Shown: piece after piece, positions 8,728 through 18,383 of the stretch
How positions within the stretch are numbered: position 1 is the first letter of the stretch
How the letters are laid out: each line of letters begins with the position of its first letter
Source: an uncultured Candidatus Saccharibacteria bacterium
GTDB lineage: Bacteria; Patescibacteriota; Saccharimonadia; Saccharimonadales; CAZVRA01
Assembly (NCBI GenBank): GCA_964630055.1
Contig: CAZVRA010000003.1
Coordinates: 4,443-68,442 of the forward strand
Direction of reading: 5' to 3'
Length of the DNA: 64,000 nucleotides
The notes under the pieces: model-generated
What the model was told of the DNA's origin: nothing
Databases searched by the model: none
What the model saw: only the letters and a program-made list of their open reading frames with translations
Position numbers and translations under genes: made by a program

Positions 8728-9306
8728 CTAAAGCTCTACGTTGCGTACTAGATTGTCGTAATCGGTTATTTGTTTTTTGAATAAGCTCAAAATATTGGGA
8801 TGATTGCCACCCGAATTACCCATGCCCGAACAGCTAGCACCCCAGCGATACATTTTTTGGTCGTTATTGTCGAGTAGCTCATAAACATAGCGGTTGCCGT
8901 TTGGACACATGCCAGCCGGATCTTTTATAGTGGCGGTCTTTTCTTTGGCAAAGCCGCTGTAGTCTAGGGCATTGATAAATTGCTTATAAGCATCGAGGTT
9001 GTTATCGAAGCTGTAGGATTTTATGACATAGCCTTGGTAGCCTTGGATAACTTCTAGCTGACGTTGACCGCGACTAACAGATATACGTATGGCACGATGC
9101 ACATCATCGCCGTTAAGGCGGCCGTCGATGATCAGGATTACCTTGCTATCTCTCGAGGAATAGTCGGCTAGTTTGAGTGGCTTGACCACTGGTGCTGGCT
9201 TTGAAGGCGACTTTTTAGGGTTGCCTAGGCGCGTAATAAGCATAACAATTAAAACAAGTCCAATTATTATAGCTAGGAAAATAAATATTCGGCGTCTGGT
9301 TGACAT
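8728..9306 (-). CDS. Hypothetical membrane-anchored protein (single N-terminal TM)
   Basis: N-terminal IFIFLAIIIGLVLIVMLI helix followed by a ~150-aa ectodomain containing Cys residues. Confidence 0.6.
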   Translation of the reverse strand: MSTRRRIFIFLAIIIGLVLIVMLITRLGNPKKSPSKPAPVVKPLKLADYSSRDSKVILIIDGRLNGDDVHRAIRISVSRGQRQLEVIQGYQGYVIKSYSFDNNLDAYKQFINALDYSGFAKEKTATIKDPAGMCPNGNRYVYELLDNNDQKMYRWGASCSGMGNSGGNHPNILSLFKKQITDYDNLVRNVEL

Positions 9307-9374
9307 AATTATCTCACTGTTAACAGTACAATTGTACCATTATTTTGTTGTTTACGCCAGGGCTAGTTAGTTAT

Positions 9375-12119
9375 TTAAAGTTCGCCCCAATTTTGGCCAA
9401 TGCTGGTTTCTACAGTTAGTTCTACTGGTAACTTGCAGGCTGCTTCCATGGTTGTTTTTAGCATTTTGGCTACAGATTTGGCCTCGTCCTCTGGGCATTC
9501 CACCATCACGCTGTCGTGTACTTGCAGGATCATATGCGCCTGGGTGCCGGATAGTTGACGATGAATGTCGATCATAGCCTTTTTCATGATGTCGGCGGCA
9601 CTGCCCTGGAACGGCATGTTAACGGCTGCGCGGTAGGCGGCCTCGCGGACGGCAAAATTGCTAGAGTGAATGTCTGGCGTTGGCCGGCGCCGCCCCAGCA
9701 GTGTTTCGACGTAGCCGCGAGTTTTGGCTTGCTCGCGGACCTGGTCTATGTATTGTTTTAGCTTGGGCCGGGCCTGGAAATATTTGTCTATAAAGTGCTT
9801 GGCTTGCTCGTAGCTCATGCCGGTTCCCACTGCCAGGCCGTGGGTGCTGAGGCCGTACATAATGCCAAAATTTATTACTTTGGCCTCGCGGCGCATGTTT
9901 TTGGTGACTTCCTCGGGCTGACGGTCGTAAACTTGGGCTGCCGTCAGGGTGTGGATGTCTATACCTCGGTTAAATGCCGAAATCATCTCTTCGTCTTCGG
10001 CCAATACCGCGGCCAAGCGCAACTCAAACTGGCTATAATCGGCACTAACCAGAACAAAACCCGTATCGGTTATAAAAGCGGTGCGGATTTGCTTGCCTAG
10101 GTCGGTTCTGACCGGAATATTTTGCAGGTTTGGATCGGTACTGCTGAGCCGGCCAGTTTGGGCGACCGTTAGGTTAAATGTGCTGTGGATGCGCCCGTTT
10201 TGGTCGGCTTGCTGCGGCAAAGTGTCGATGTAAGTGTTTTTTAGCTTGCTATATTCACGGAATTGACTAATAAAGTCTATGATTGGATGCTGGTTGCGCA
10301 GTTTGGCCAGCTCGCTGGCGGCGGTAGAGTAACCGGTTCGGCCCTTTTTGATGTTGGTCGTTGGTAGCCGCAGTTCTTCGAACAAGACAGTGGCTAATTG
10401 AGCCGGGCTGGCTATGTTAAATTCTTGGTCGGCCAGGCCATAAATTTGCTGTTGAATGTCGCTAATTAGGTCGGCCACTTGGTCGGCCATAAGCATTAGG
10501 TACTGGCTGTCTAACTTCATGCCGCGGTATTCCATGGCGGCGAGCACTGGTATAATTGGCCATTCGATTTGGGCGGCTAGCTTTTGCACCGAAGGCGTTT
10601 TGGCCAGCTCGGCCTGCTGATGTGCCGCCAAGGCCCTAATGGTGGCGGCCATACCGGCCTGATACTCGGCAATTTCTTTGGCCGGCGCGCTGTGGCTGGG
10701 TGGGTCGGCTAGGTGTATGGCTAGGGCATTGGCGGCCAGCTCGCTGAGGCTTTGTTCGCGCTGGAGGCTATTGATCAAAAAAGAGCCAATTAGAACGTCG
10801 TGAGAAACAGTCGGCAGATCCAAGCCAAGATGCCGCAAAGTCTGCAAGGACGATTTTAGGTCGTAGCCAATAATTGGGCTACGTAGCAAGCCGGCTAATT
10901 TGTCCTTGAGCTTGGCTGCGTCTAGCTGGCTGAGGTCAAATAAAAATAATTGATCTTCGGTTGGCGACACGCTTAGCCACAGCGGCTGGCGACCATGAGG
11001 CTGCTCGCTAATGGCTTGCAGGACTACGTTTTGATCTGTTTTGGTGGTTTGTTTTGCGGGCGGGTTGGGCCCGATTTTTGCATCGGCCAATTTGGCCGGC
11101 GTGTCTATAATAACCGTTTTTATGGCTTTTGCCTGGCCGCTCACCCCGCTTACTCCGCTTGCGGTCATACCGTTGGTTGCACCGGCTGCCTGGTTGGCCG
11201 CATCCGCATCGGGCGGCAAATGCATGTAATCGGGCAGCTGGCGAACCAGCGTGCGGAACTCTAATTTTTGCAGTTGTTCGGCCACTTTGGCTGGGTTTAG
11301 GTGATGTACGTCTAGGGTTTTAAGGTCTAGCTTAATTGGCGCGTCTGTCCAGATGGCGGCTAGATCTTTGCTAAGGTAAGCCAGGTCTTTGCCGGCCTCG
11401 AGTTTTTTGCGCAAACTGTCGCGTAACAACCCCAAATTTTCGTAGACGCCGTCTAGTGTTTCGTAGGTTTTAAGAAGTTCGATCGCTCCTTTTTCGCCTA
11501 CGCCCGGCACGCCGGGAATGTTGTCGGAGCTGTCGCCTTTTAGCGCCTTTAGGTCTAAAAATTGGTCGGGCCTAAGGCCGTATTTTTGGGTAAAGCTGGC
11601 CGGATGGAAAAGCTCAATATTGCTGAGGCCCTTTTTGAGCGCGTAAACCTGCACTTGGTCGTTAACCAGCTGCAGCATGTCCATGTCACTGGTAATTAGC
11701 AAAGTTTCTATGTTTTGCGCGGCCGCCTGAACGGCTAAAGCTCCCATGATGTCGTCGGCCTCGTAATCGTCTAGTTCGTAGAGTGGCCAACCAAAAGCGC
11801 TAAGCAGATCGTGCAACAGGGGTATTTGAGTATAAAAATCGGCTGGAGGCGGTTTGCGGCCAGCTTTGTACTTTGGATACATTTCTAGGCGCCGGCGGAT
11901 GTTGGTTTTGGGTTTGTCCCAGGCTACGCAGACATAATCGGGTTGCAGCCGTTTTATTACCTCGAGGGCCATAACGGCGAATCCGTAAACGCCGCCAGTT
12001 GGCGTGCCGTCGCTGGTGCTTAGGCCGGGCATGGCATAATAACCTCGGTAAAAAACGCTTTTACCATCTATTATTGCCAGTTTTTTGCTCGGCTTAGTCT
12101 TGTTTTTGGCCTCTGTCAT
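9375..12119 (-). CDS. polA: DNA polymerase I
   Basis: 914 aa. 5' nuclease domain (GDSSDNIPGVPGVGEKGA), polymerase motifs DYSQFELRLAA, RREAKVINFGIMYG and QVHDSV. Confidence 0.97.
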   Translation of the reverse strand: MTEAKNKTKPSKKLAIIDGKSVFYRGYYAMPGLSTSDGTPTGGVYGFAVMALEVIKRLQPDYVCVAWDKPKTNIRRRLEMYPKYKAGRKPPPADFYTQIPLLHDLLSAFGWPLYELDDYEADDIMGALAVQAAAQNIETLLITSDMDMLQLVNDQVQVYALKKGLSNIELFHPASFTQKYGLRPDQFLDLKALKGDSSDNIPGVPGVGEKGAIELLKTYETLDGVYENLGLLRDSLRKKLEAGKDLAYLSKDLAAIWTDAPIKLDLKTLDVHHLNPAKVAEQLQKLEFRTLVRQLPDYMHLPPDADAANQAAGATNGMTASGVSGVSGQAKAIKTVIIDTPAKLADAKIGPNPPAKQTTKTDQNVVLQAISEQPHGRQPLWLSVSPTEDQLFLFDLSQLDAAKLKDKLAGLLRSPIIGYDLKSSLQTLRHLGLDLPTVSHDVLIGSFLINSLQREQSLSELAANALAIHLADPPSHSAPAKEIAEYQAGMAATIRALAAHQQAELAKTPSVQKLAAQIEWPIIPVLAAMEYRGMKLDSQYLMLMADQVADLISDIQQQIYGLADQEFNIASPAQLATVLFEELRLPTTNIKKGRTGYSTAASELAKLRNQHPIIDFISQFREYSKLKNTYIDTLPQQADQNGRIHSTFNLTVAQTGRLSSTDPNLQNIPVRTDLGKQIRTAFITDTGFVLVSADYSQFELRLAAVLAEDEEMISAFNRGIDIHTLTAAQVYDRQPEEVTKNMRREAKVINFGIMYGLSTHGLAVGTGMSYEQAKHFIDKYFQARPKLKQYIDQVREQAKTRGYVETLLGRRRPTPDIHSSNFAVREAAYRAAVNMPFQGSAADIMKKAMIDIHRQLSGTQAHMILQVHDSVMVECPEDEAKSVAKMLKTTMEAACKLPVELTVETSIGQNWGEL

Positions 12120-12126
12120 GACTCTA

Positions 12127-13410
12127 TTATATATCGTCTGGCTGATTGCTGTCGGTTTTATCGGTTTTTACAGCTAATTGATGCCTAATCGAATCCAAGG
12201 CCCTTTTTTCTATTAGGCGAACCTTTTCCCAATGAATGCCCAGTAACTTGCCAATTTGCGCCGTTGTCATAGGCTGACCGCCCTCCTCTAGGCCAAAGCG
12301 TAGTTTTATTACGGCCAGGCTTAGGGCTTTGGTTTTTTTGGTTTTTGCGTCGTCTCCTGGTTTTGGGGCTAATAGTCCCAAAATGCTTTGGACAATTATC
12401 TTGTCCTCTATGAGCTGGTGTTGCTGGTCTGCCGTGTCGTCGGCAGGTGTTAAATCATATAAAGTGGAAGCTTGGCCACCGGTCGTTTCCGCACTTACTG
12501 GCTGGTCGAGCGAGGCTAACATTCTGAGGCGGGCAGCGATTATGATATCATCAACCCTTTCGGCAATCATTTTGTAGTCATTTTTTTCGGCTAGTTCCCT
12601 AAGCTCTTGGGGGCTGATCTCTGTCAATGTTCTTGTGCCTCCGCCCTGGCTCGCGCCTGAGTAGGCGTCACGAATCAGTCTGTCGGCTGCCAGGACGTGG
12701 TTAACTAGGTTGGTAGGTATGCGTATTGTTTTGGATTTGTCGTCGATAGATCGGTTTGACCCCTGGTGCATCCATTTAGTGGCGTAGGTGCTAAATCTAT
12801 AACCCTTGCGCCAGTCAAATTTCTTTGCGGCGCGCAAAAGGCCGCTAGCCAGAACTTCGTTTTCTAGATCATTGACACCAAAACCGGCAGTTAAGTGATT
12901 TTTATAACTCGGATTTCGGACAATTTTTTTAAGCAATCGCATATTCGAAAATATGATTTGGTCGGTTGCATTTTTGCCGTCTTTTACAACCGATTCCAGT
13001 ATGCGGAGCCGTTGTTCGGGCCAGTCTCCGGCTTGGTCATATTCTAGCATAGCGGCGGCATTAAGCCCGGCTTGAATGTATTGGCTTAAGATTATTTCGT
13101 CTTCTTTTGCCAGGAGCCTGCCATCGAAGCCTTTTGGTAGAGCGATTATTTCGCCCTCAACACCCAAGGGGCAGGCCAATATGGGTTTTTTGCCGATAAA
13201 AGTTAGCATATCAATCGAGTATGGCCGGTAACCACCAGCTTCGCCGGCCAATGCCATGTCCAGCAATCCGGCATCCAGGGGTGGGTTTTTGATTTCTGCT
13301 TCTAGAGTGTTTTCTGCCGCTAGTCGCCCCAAATCAGCCACTGGTAACAGGGGTTGAGCTATTGTTTCACCTTCGTTGGGCCGCCGATACTCTGGGCTTA
13401 GATGGCTCAT
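12127..13410 (-). CDS. Sigma-70 family RNA polymerase sigma factor (second copy, long divergent N-terminus)
   Basis: Region 2 YRFSTYATKWMHQGSNRSI, region 3 and region 4 (LRFGLEEGGQPMTTAQIGKLLGIHWEKVRLIEKRAL). The ~150-aa N-terminal part is unlike RpoD region 1. Confidence 0.85.
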   Translation of the reverse strand: MSHLSPEYRRPNEGETIAQPLLPVADLGRLAAENTLEAEIKNPPLDAGLLDMALAGEAGGYRPYSIDMLTFIGKKPILACPLGVEGEIIALPKGFDGRLLAKEDEIILSQYIQAGLNAAAMLEYDQAGDWPEQRLRILESVVKDGKNATDQIIFSNMRLLKKIVRNPSYKNHLTAGFGVNDLENEVLASGLLRAAKKFDWRKGYRFSTYATKWMHQGSNRSIDDKSKTIRIPTNLVNHVLAADRLIRDAYSGASQGGGTRTLTEISPQELRELAEKNDYKMIAERVDDIIIAARLRMLASLDQPVSAETTGGQASTLYDLTPADDTADQQHQLIEDKIIVQSILGLLAPKPGDDAKTKKTKALSLAVIKLRFGLEEGGQPMTTAQIGKLLGIHWEKVRLIEKRALDSIRHQLAVKTDKTDSNQPDDI

Positions 13411-13515
13411 AGTGACAATACTATATAAAAAAATATCAAAATTTGCAAAGTTAAGCGGTTTGTTGTGGTTAAGCTTTTTTCATGCGCTAGCCGCAAAATG
13501 GTTATAATTATAATT

Positions 13516-16314
13516 ATGAATAACCCCAAGGAGCCTATTAATGGCGATCCTGCCCCAGTTAAAGTTGACTATTCTCAGCTGGATGGCAACGAAACGCTTA
13601 AGGTTCTTAATTCTAGCGCAACCGGTCTTAGTAGCGACGAGGCTGCGCGCCGGTTTGCTCGCGCCGGCCCCAATGAGCTTAAGGCGGTAACGCGCGGCGA
13701 CTCGGCCTGGCGCAAATATTTGCGCCAATTTCGCGACTTAATGATTGTCCTGCTTTTGGTTAGTGCGCTAATATCTGCTTATCTGGGAGACCGGCAAACT
13801 GCAATTGTCCTAATGGCTTTGGTTATGTTTAATACCACACTTGGTTTTATGCAAGAATACAAGGCCGAAAAAATAATGCAGGCGCTCGAAAAGCTGGTTA
13901 AGCCGCGGGCCGAGGTGTACCGCGACGGCAAGCTCCAAGAGGTAGATTCGGCCAGCCTGGTGCCGGGCGATGCCGTTAGGGTTACCGAGGGCGACAGCGT
14001 GCCGGCCGACCTCAGACTACTAAGCGAAATGGAGCTGGCCACCAATGACTTTGCCCTGACCGGCGAAAGCAACCCTAGCCGCAAATTTATTCACCCAATT
14101 GCTGGCACCGTGCCATTTGGTGAGCGTCAAAACATTGTTTTTATGGGCACAACCGTAGCCATGGGCGAAGGAATCGGCGTAGTCATTGGCACCGGTATGC
14201 AAACAGAGCTAGGCCGCATCGCCAGCCTCAGCCAGGCAGCGCCCCGCGACCTAAGCCCGCTTCAGCATGAGCTAAATAACATCGCTGGCCGCGTCACTAT
14301 TGGCGTCGCTTTGCTGTGTGCCGCTTTGCTACCAATCGCTATTCGCGCCGATCTTGGCATAAAAGGTGCCTTTTTGTTTGCGATTGGTTTTGCCAGCTCG
14401 TTAATCCCTCAAGGTTTGCCGGCCGAGGTTAACACCGCGCTGGCTCAGGCCGCCAACAAGCTTGCCAAGGCCCGTGCGTTGGTAAAAACGCTATCGGCTG
14501 TCGAAACTCTGGGCGCAACTCATATAATATGCACCGACAAAACCGGCACATTAACCAAAAACCAAATGACTGTCCAACGGGTGCTGATAGGCAAAACCAG
14601 CTACCCGGTAACTGGCATTGGCTACGAAGCCAACGGCTTTATTGCCGACGCCAATGCCCAAAAATTGCCAACCTCTTTGCTGCAAAAGTACTCTCTATTT
14701 TTTATGTGCGGTGCCCTGGCCAGCAACGCCAAGGTTTTGCCGCCCGACTCCGAGCATGCCGCTTGGTTTTGCCTGGGCGACCCCACCGAGGGCGCACTTT
14801 TGACCCTGGCTCGCAAGGCCGGTCTGGACACCAACTTACTAGACGCCGAGCATCCCGAGCAGCGTGAGTTTACCTTTGATTCGGTTCGCAAGCGCATGGC
14901 CTCGATCCGCCAAATTAACGGCCACGATATGGCGCTGGTCAAAGGTGCGCCCGAGAGCTTGCTGGGTCGCTGTACTCACTGGCACGACGGTCAGGTTGTT
15001 CGCCCGCTGACCGATCAGGACAAAAAGTGGTTTATGCAACAACACCAGGAGCAGTCGTCGCATGCTATGCGTAATCTTGGCTTTGCTTTTCGCGAGCTAA
15101 GTCCTGCCGATGCTAAAAACCCCGAAATGGACAAAGTTGAGTCGGGCCTAACCTACTTGGGCATGGTCAGCATGATTGACCCCTTGCGCGAAGAAGTGCC
15201 GGCCGCCATGGCCGCCGCCGACACGGCTCACATAAGGGTTAACATTATAACTGGCGACTTCGCCCTAACGGCTGACGCCATCGCCAAGCAAGCCGGTCTA
15301 AAAAGAGACGGTGGCGCTCCGCTAGTCATTATCGAGGGCAACACGGTGCCCACAATGACCGACGCCGACATTTTGCAGCATGTGCGGCTGGGAGGTACCG
15401 TTTTTAGCCGAGTCAGCCCAGAAGACAAATTGCGGATTGTGACCATAGTGCGCCAGGCCGACGAGGTTATTGCCGTAACCGGCGACGGCATCAACGATGC
15501 GCCGGCGCTCAAGCGGGCCAATATCGGCGTCGCCATGGGCATAACCGGTACCGACGTGGCCAAGCAGGCCAGCGAGATTGTGTTGCTCGACGATAGTTTT
15601 GGTACTCTGGTTCAGGCTGTGCAGGCCGGTCGGACCATTTTTGCCAATATCAAAAAGGGTACGCTTAGCTGTTTTACATCTAATACAGCCGAGTTATTTG
15701 TTAACTTGGCTAGCTTGACCGCTGTTAGCATATGGCATATTCCGCTAGCTATTTCGGTTATGCAAATTTTGGCCATAGACCTAGTGGCCGAACTTTTTCC
15801 GATTGCGGCGCTGGGCTGGGACGCTGCCGAGGGCCAAACCATGCAAGAAAAACCGCGCAACCCGCGGGCTCACATTTTGCACACCAAAGCCATTATAGAT
15901 CTGCTGTGGTGCGGGCTAATTATTGGTGGATTGGCATTTTTGAACTATCTACTGTTTTTCCGGCGCGCCGGCGTTAACCCAGCTCATTTCGATACCACTA
16001 GCATTTTGTACTTTAAGGCCACCAGCCTGACTTACCTAACGGTGGTGTGCTGCCAGTTGGTTAATATTACCCAGCGGCGCAGCATCCACGGGTTTTTTAG
16101 TCGCTATCAGCTGAGCAACGGTTATTATTGGGGGGCCATAGCTCTGTCGCTGTTTTGTGTAACCAATATTATTTACAACCCTTGGGTGAGCCGCTATTTT
16201 CACTCGTCTTCGCTTAGTCTGATTGATTGGCTGTACGCACTGGGTGCCGCTGCTATATTTTTGCTAGTGCGCGAGGCCCAGCGAGTACTAAAACCAGCCC
16301 AAACAACCCAGTAA
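13516..16314 (+). CDS. Cation-transporting P-type ATPase (type II, Ca2+/Mg2+-like)
   Basis: ICTDKTGTLT phosphorylation site, TGDGINDAPALK hinge, N-terminal LSSDEAARRFARAGPNEL. Start chosen at the ATG at 13516, after tandem TATAAT boxes. The ORF track starts at 13465. Confidence 0.95.
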   Translation: MNNPKEPINGDPAPVKVDYSQLDGNETLKVLNSSATGLSSDEAARRFARAGPNELKAVTRGDSAWRKYLRQFRDLMIVLLLVSALISAYLGDRQTAIVLMALVMFNTTLGFMQEYKAEKIMQALEKLVKPRAEVYRDGKLQEVDSASLVPGDAVRVTEGDSVPADLRLLSEMELATNDFALTGESNPSRKFIHPIAGTVPFGERQNIVFMGTTVAMGEGIGVVIGTGMQTELGRIASLSQAAPRDLSPLQHELNNIAGRVTIGVALLCAALLPIAIRADLGIKGAFLFAIGFASSLIPQGLPAEVNTALAQAANKLAKARALVKTLSAVETLGATHIICTDKTGTLTKNQMTVQRVLIGKTSYPVTGIGYEANGFIADANAQKLPTSLLQKYSLFFMCGALASNAKVLPPDSEHAAWFCLGDPTEGALLTLARKAGLDTNLLDAEHPEQREFTFDSVRKRMASIRQINGHDMALVKGAPESLLGRCTHWHDGQVVRPLTDQDKKWFMQQHQEQSSHAMRNLGFAFRELSPADAKNPEMDKVESGLTYLGMVSMIDPLREEVPAAMAAADTAHIRVNIITGDFALTADAIAKQAGLKRDGGAPLVIIEGNTVPTMTDADILQHVRLGGTVFSRVSPEDKLRIVTIVRQADEVIAVTGDGINDAPALKRANIGVAMGITGTDVAKQASEIVLLDDSFGTLVQAVQAGRTIFANIKKGTLSCFTSNTAELFVNLASLTAVSIWHIPLAISVMQILAIDLVAELFPIAALGWDAAEGQTMQEKPRNPRAHILHTKAIIDLLWCGLIIGGLAFLNYLLFFRRAGVNPAHFDTTSILYFKATSLTYLTVVCCQLVNITQRRSIHGFFSRYQLSNGYYWGAIALSLFCVTNIIYNPWVSRYFHSSSLSLIDWLYALGAAAIFLLVREAQRVLKPAQTTQ

Positions 16315-16320
16315 AGCAAC

Positions 16321-17391
16321 CTAGTAAGTACGATTCAGTAGTTTTTCGACGATAGAATTTAAGACTGCCACGTTTTTAGCCTCCCAGTTTTTTGGCGCCG
16401 TTTGCAGAATTTTACCAGCTGCCGCCGTGTGCCGCCGCATGCGGTTTTTAATAGCCTCCACTGCTCCGCAATCTTGCATAATTTTTTTGCAACGTTCAAA
16501 AGATTCTTGGCTTAAGCTTGTCCCTAGGCACTGTTTTAAGAATTTTGCGTCTTTGGCACCAGCGTGATCTAGGCTGTATTGGACCAGCATGGTGCGTTTA
16601 CCCTCGGCTAGGTCATCGCGCGGGTTTTTGCCAGTTTTTGCGGCGCCGGCAAAAGTGCTTACGTAATCGTCGCTGAGCTGAAAAAGTTGGCCAACTTCTA
16701 GGGCAAACCGCTTGGCTAGCTGTATTTCGGTCGGAGTTACGGTCCTCGCTAGCAACATGCCCAGGACTAGCGGATTCCACGCAGTATAGTAGGCGGTTTT
16801 TTGGATCATGACGTTGGTAATGTCCTGCTCGGTAACGGATTGGGCCGACTCGTTGTAGATGTCGCCGGATTGGCCGTAGGTGGTAGCGACCAAACAGTCG
16901 TTGAGGTGGATTATGGCGTCTAGCCGTCTCCCCGGGTCTACCGGCAGGCTAGCCAAAATGCTTTGAGCGGCATGGTTGCCAGCGCCAGCAGCGTTTAAGG
17001 CTAAACTTAAGCCAAAGTGCTCGGCGCTACTCTGCAAACCCAGGTCTTTATGAGTCTGCTGTAGTGAGTGGTGAGCGCTTGGGCCGCCACGGCGCAGTGA
17101 GCTTTTGTCTTGAATATCGTCCTGAATAAGCATATAGGCTTGGATAATTTCGATGGCGCGGGCCGCCTGCAAGGCAACTGCCCGATCGGTGCCACCACAC
17201 ATAGCGTAGCCAGTTAACACTAAACAGCCACGAATGCGCTTGCCGCCCCTGGTCAAAATTGCCACAAAAGCTTCGGCCGTAATTTGGGCAGCCTCGCCAT
17301 ACTGCTTGGCTTGCTCTTGCATAGTTTTGCCGTAGGCTTGAATATCCTGGTCGACCAATTTTTTGTATTCGGCCAGTAAGGCATTTTGCAT
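16321..17391 (-). CDS. Polyprenyl diphosphate synthase (GGPP/FPP synthase family)
   Basis: First Asp-rich motif LIQDDIQD and second FQLSDDYV. Start refined to the ATG at 17391, 6 nt after TAGAAT (17398-17403). The ORF track begins at a GTG at 17397. Confidence 0.9.
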   Translation of the reverse strand: MQNALLAEYKKLVDQDIQAYGKTMQEQAKQYGEAAQITAEAFVAILTRGGKRIRGCLVLTGYAMCGGTDRAVALQAARAIEIIQAYMLIQDDIQDKSSLRRGGPSAHHSLQQTHKDLGLQSSAEHFGLSLALNAAGAGNHAAQSILASLPVDPGRRLDAIIHLNDCLVATTYGQSGDIYNESAQSVTEQDITNVMIQKTAYYTAWNPLVLGMLLARTVTPTEIQLAKRFALEVGQLFQLSDDYVSTFAGAAKTGKNPRDDLAEGKRTMLVQYSLDHAGAKDAKFLKQCLGTSLSQESFERCKKIMQDCGAVEAIKNRMRRHTAAAGKILQTAPKNWEAKNVAVLNSIVEKLLNRTY

Positions 17392-17438
17392 ACTCACATT
17401 CTAGCAAATAACAGATCAAATATGTTAAAATATCTCCA

Positions 17439-18005
17439 ATGGATATAAAAGTTATAACTTTTGTTGGCATGCCTGGTGCTGGCAAAAGTACGTGTGTCGA
17501 AGAGCTAGAGTCTAAAGGCATTCCATCGGCCTATTTTGGCGGCATTACAATTGACGAAGTAAAGGCTCGCGGACTACAAGTTAACGAAGCGAACGAGCGC
17601 ACAGTGCGCGAAGACATACGGGCAAAAGAAGGCAAAGAAGCTTACGCTCATAGGATTGTTGCCAAGATCGAGCAACAGGCTCAAGATGGATGCCAAATGA
17701 TGGTCGTAGACGGCCTGTACAGCTGGAGCGAGTATAAAGTTTTTAAAGAGCGCTTCGGCGAAAACGCAATAATTATTGCCATAACGGCTCCGCGTAAAGT
17801 TCGCCACGCCCGGTTAGCTCAGCGGCCAGTCAGGCCACTGACCGATGCCGAGGTATCGGCTCGTGAATATGCCGAAATCGAAAACCTAGAAAAAGGCGGG
17901 CCAATCGCCAACGCCGACTACACCCTAACTAATAATTCAACCAAACAGGACTTGCTTGAACAGCTTCACCAAGTACTAAGCGAAGATGGTCTGGAGAGCG
18001 CTTAG
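17439..18005 (+). CDS. P-loop nucleotide kinase, archaeal UPF0200-like
   Basis: ITFVGMPGAGKST Walker A. Size and layout resemble small adenylate/dNMP-kinase-like proteins. Extended -10 TGTTAAAAT ends 7 nt before the ATG. Confidence 0.7.
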   Translation: MDIKVITFVGMPGAGKSTCVEELESKGIPSAYFGGITIDEVKARGLQVNEANERTVREDIRAKEGKEAYAHRIVAKIEQQAQDGCQMMVVDGLYSWSEYKVFKERFGENAIIIAITAPRKVRHARLAQRPVRPLTDAEVSAREYAEIENLEKGGPIANADYTLTNNSTKQDLLEQLHQVLSEDGLESA

Positions 18006-18039
18006 GCTAGTGGTTTTTGTGCAGCCATTACCACTCACT

Positions 18040-18064
18040 TAACCCTGTTGGTAACCCCTGTTGG
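18040..18064. repeat. Tandem direct repeat TAACCCTGTTGG / TAACCCCTGTTGG in a convergent intergenic spacer
   Basis: Read directly. The second unit contains ACCCCTGTT, the reverse complement of the AACAGGGGT motif seen at 44575 and 44689. Confidence 0.8.
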
Positions 18065-18081
18065 TAATTTAGTAATCCCTT

Positions 18082-18351
18082 TTAGGCTTTCTTGCTAAAA
18101 CGTTCTACTGTTTGGCCGTTAAACTCTACTGTTTCGAGCCAGCTGGCTAGTGGGCGCACAAAAGTTAATCGTTTGTCGTATTCCGCTTGATATATCACGC
18201 ATAGTTCGTCCGTGGCTTCTAGTATAGCTATGCCTACTACTCTGTAAAATTGATCTACTTTTTTATAGTGGTAGTAAGTGGCGCCAACTGTCACACTTTT
18301 TTCTGCCTGCGCCATCTCTATTATGAGTTTTTTGTGGTTTTTATGCAGCAT
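18082..18351 (-). CDS. DUF1653-like small protein
   Basis: 89 aa. GATYYHYKK...YRVVGIA...VIYQAEYD...RPLASW pattern resembles DUF1653. Confidence 0.5.
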   Translation of the reverse strand: MLHKNHKKLIIEMAQAEKSVTVGATYYHYKKVDQFYRVVGIAILEATDELCVIYQAEYDKRLTFVRPLASWLETVEFNGQTVERFSKKA

Positions 18352-18383
18352 TGCATGGTAAATTATAACAGAAGTGTTAGGCT

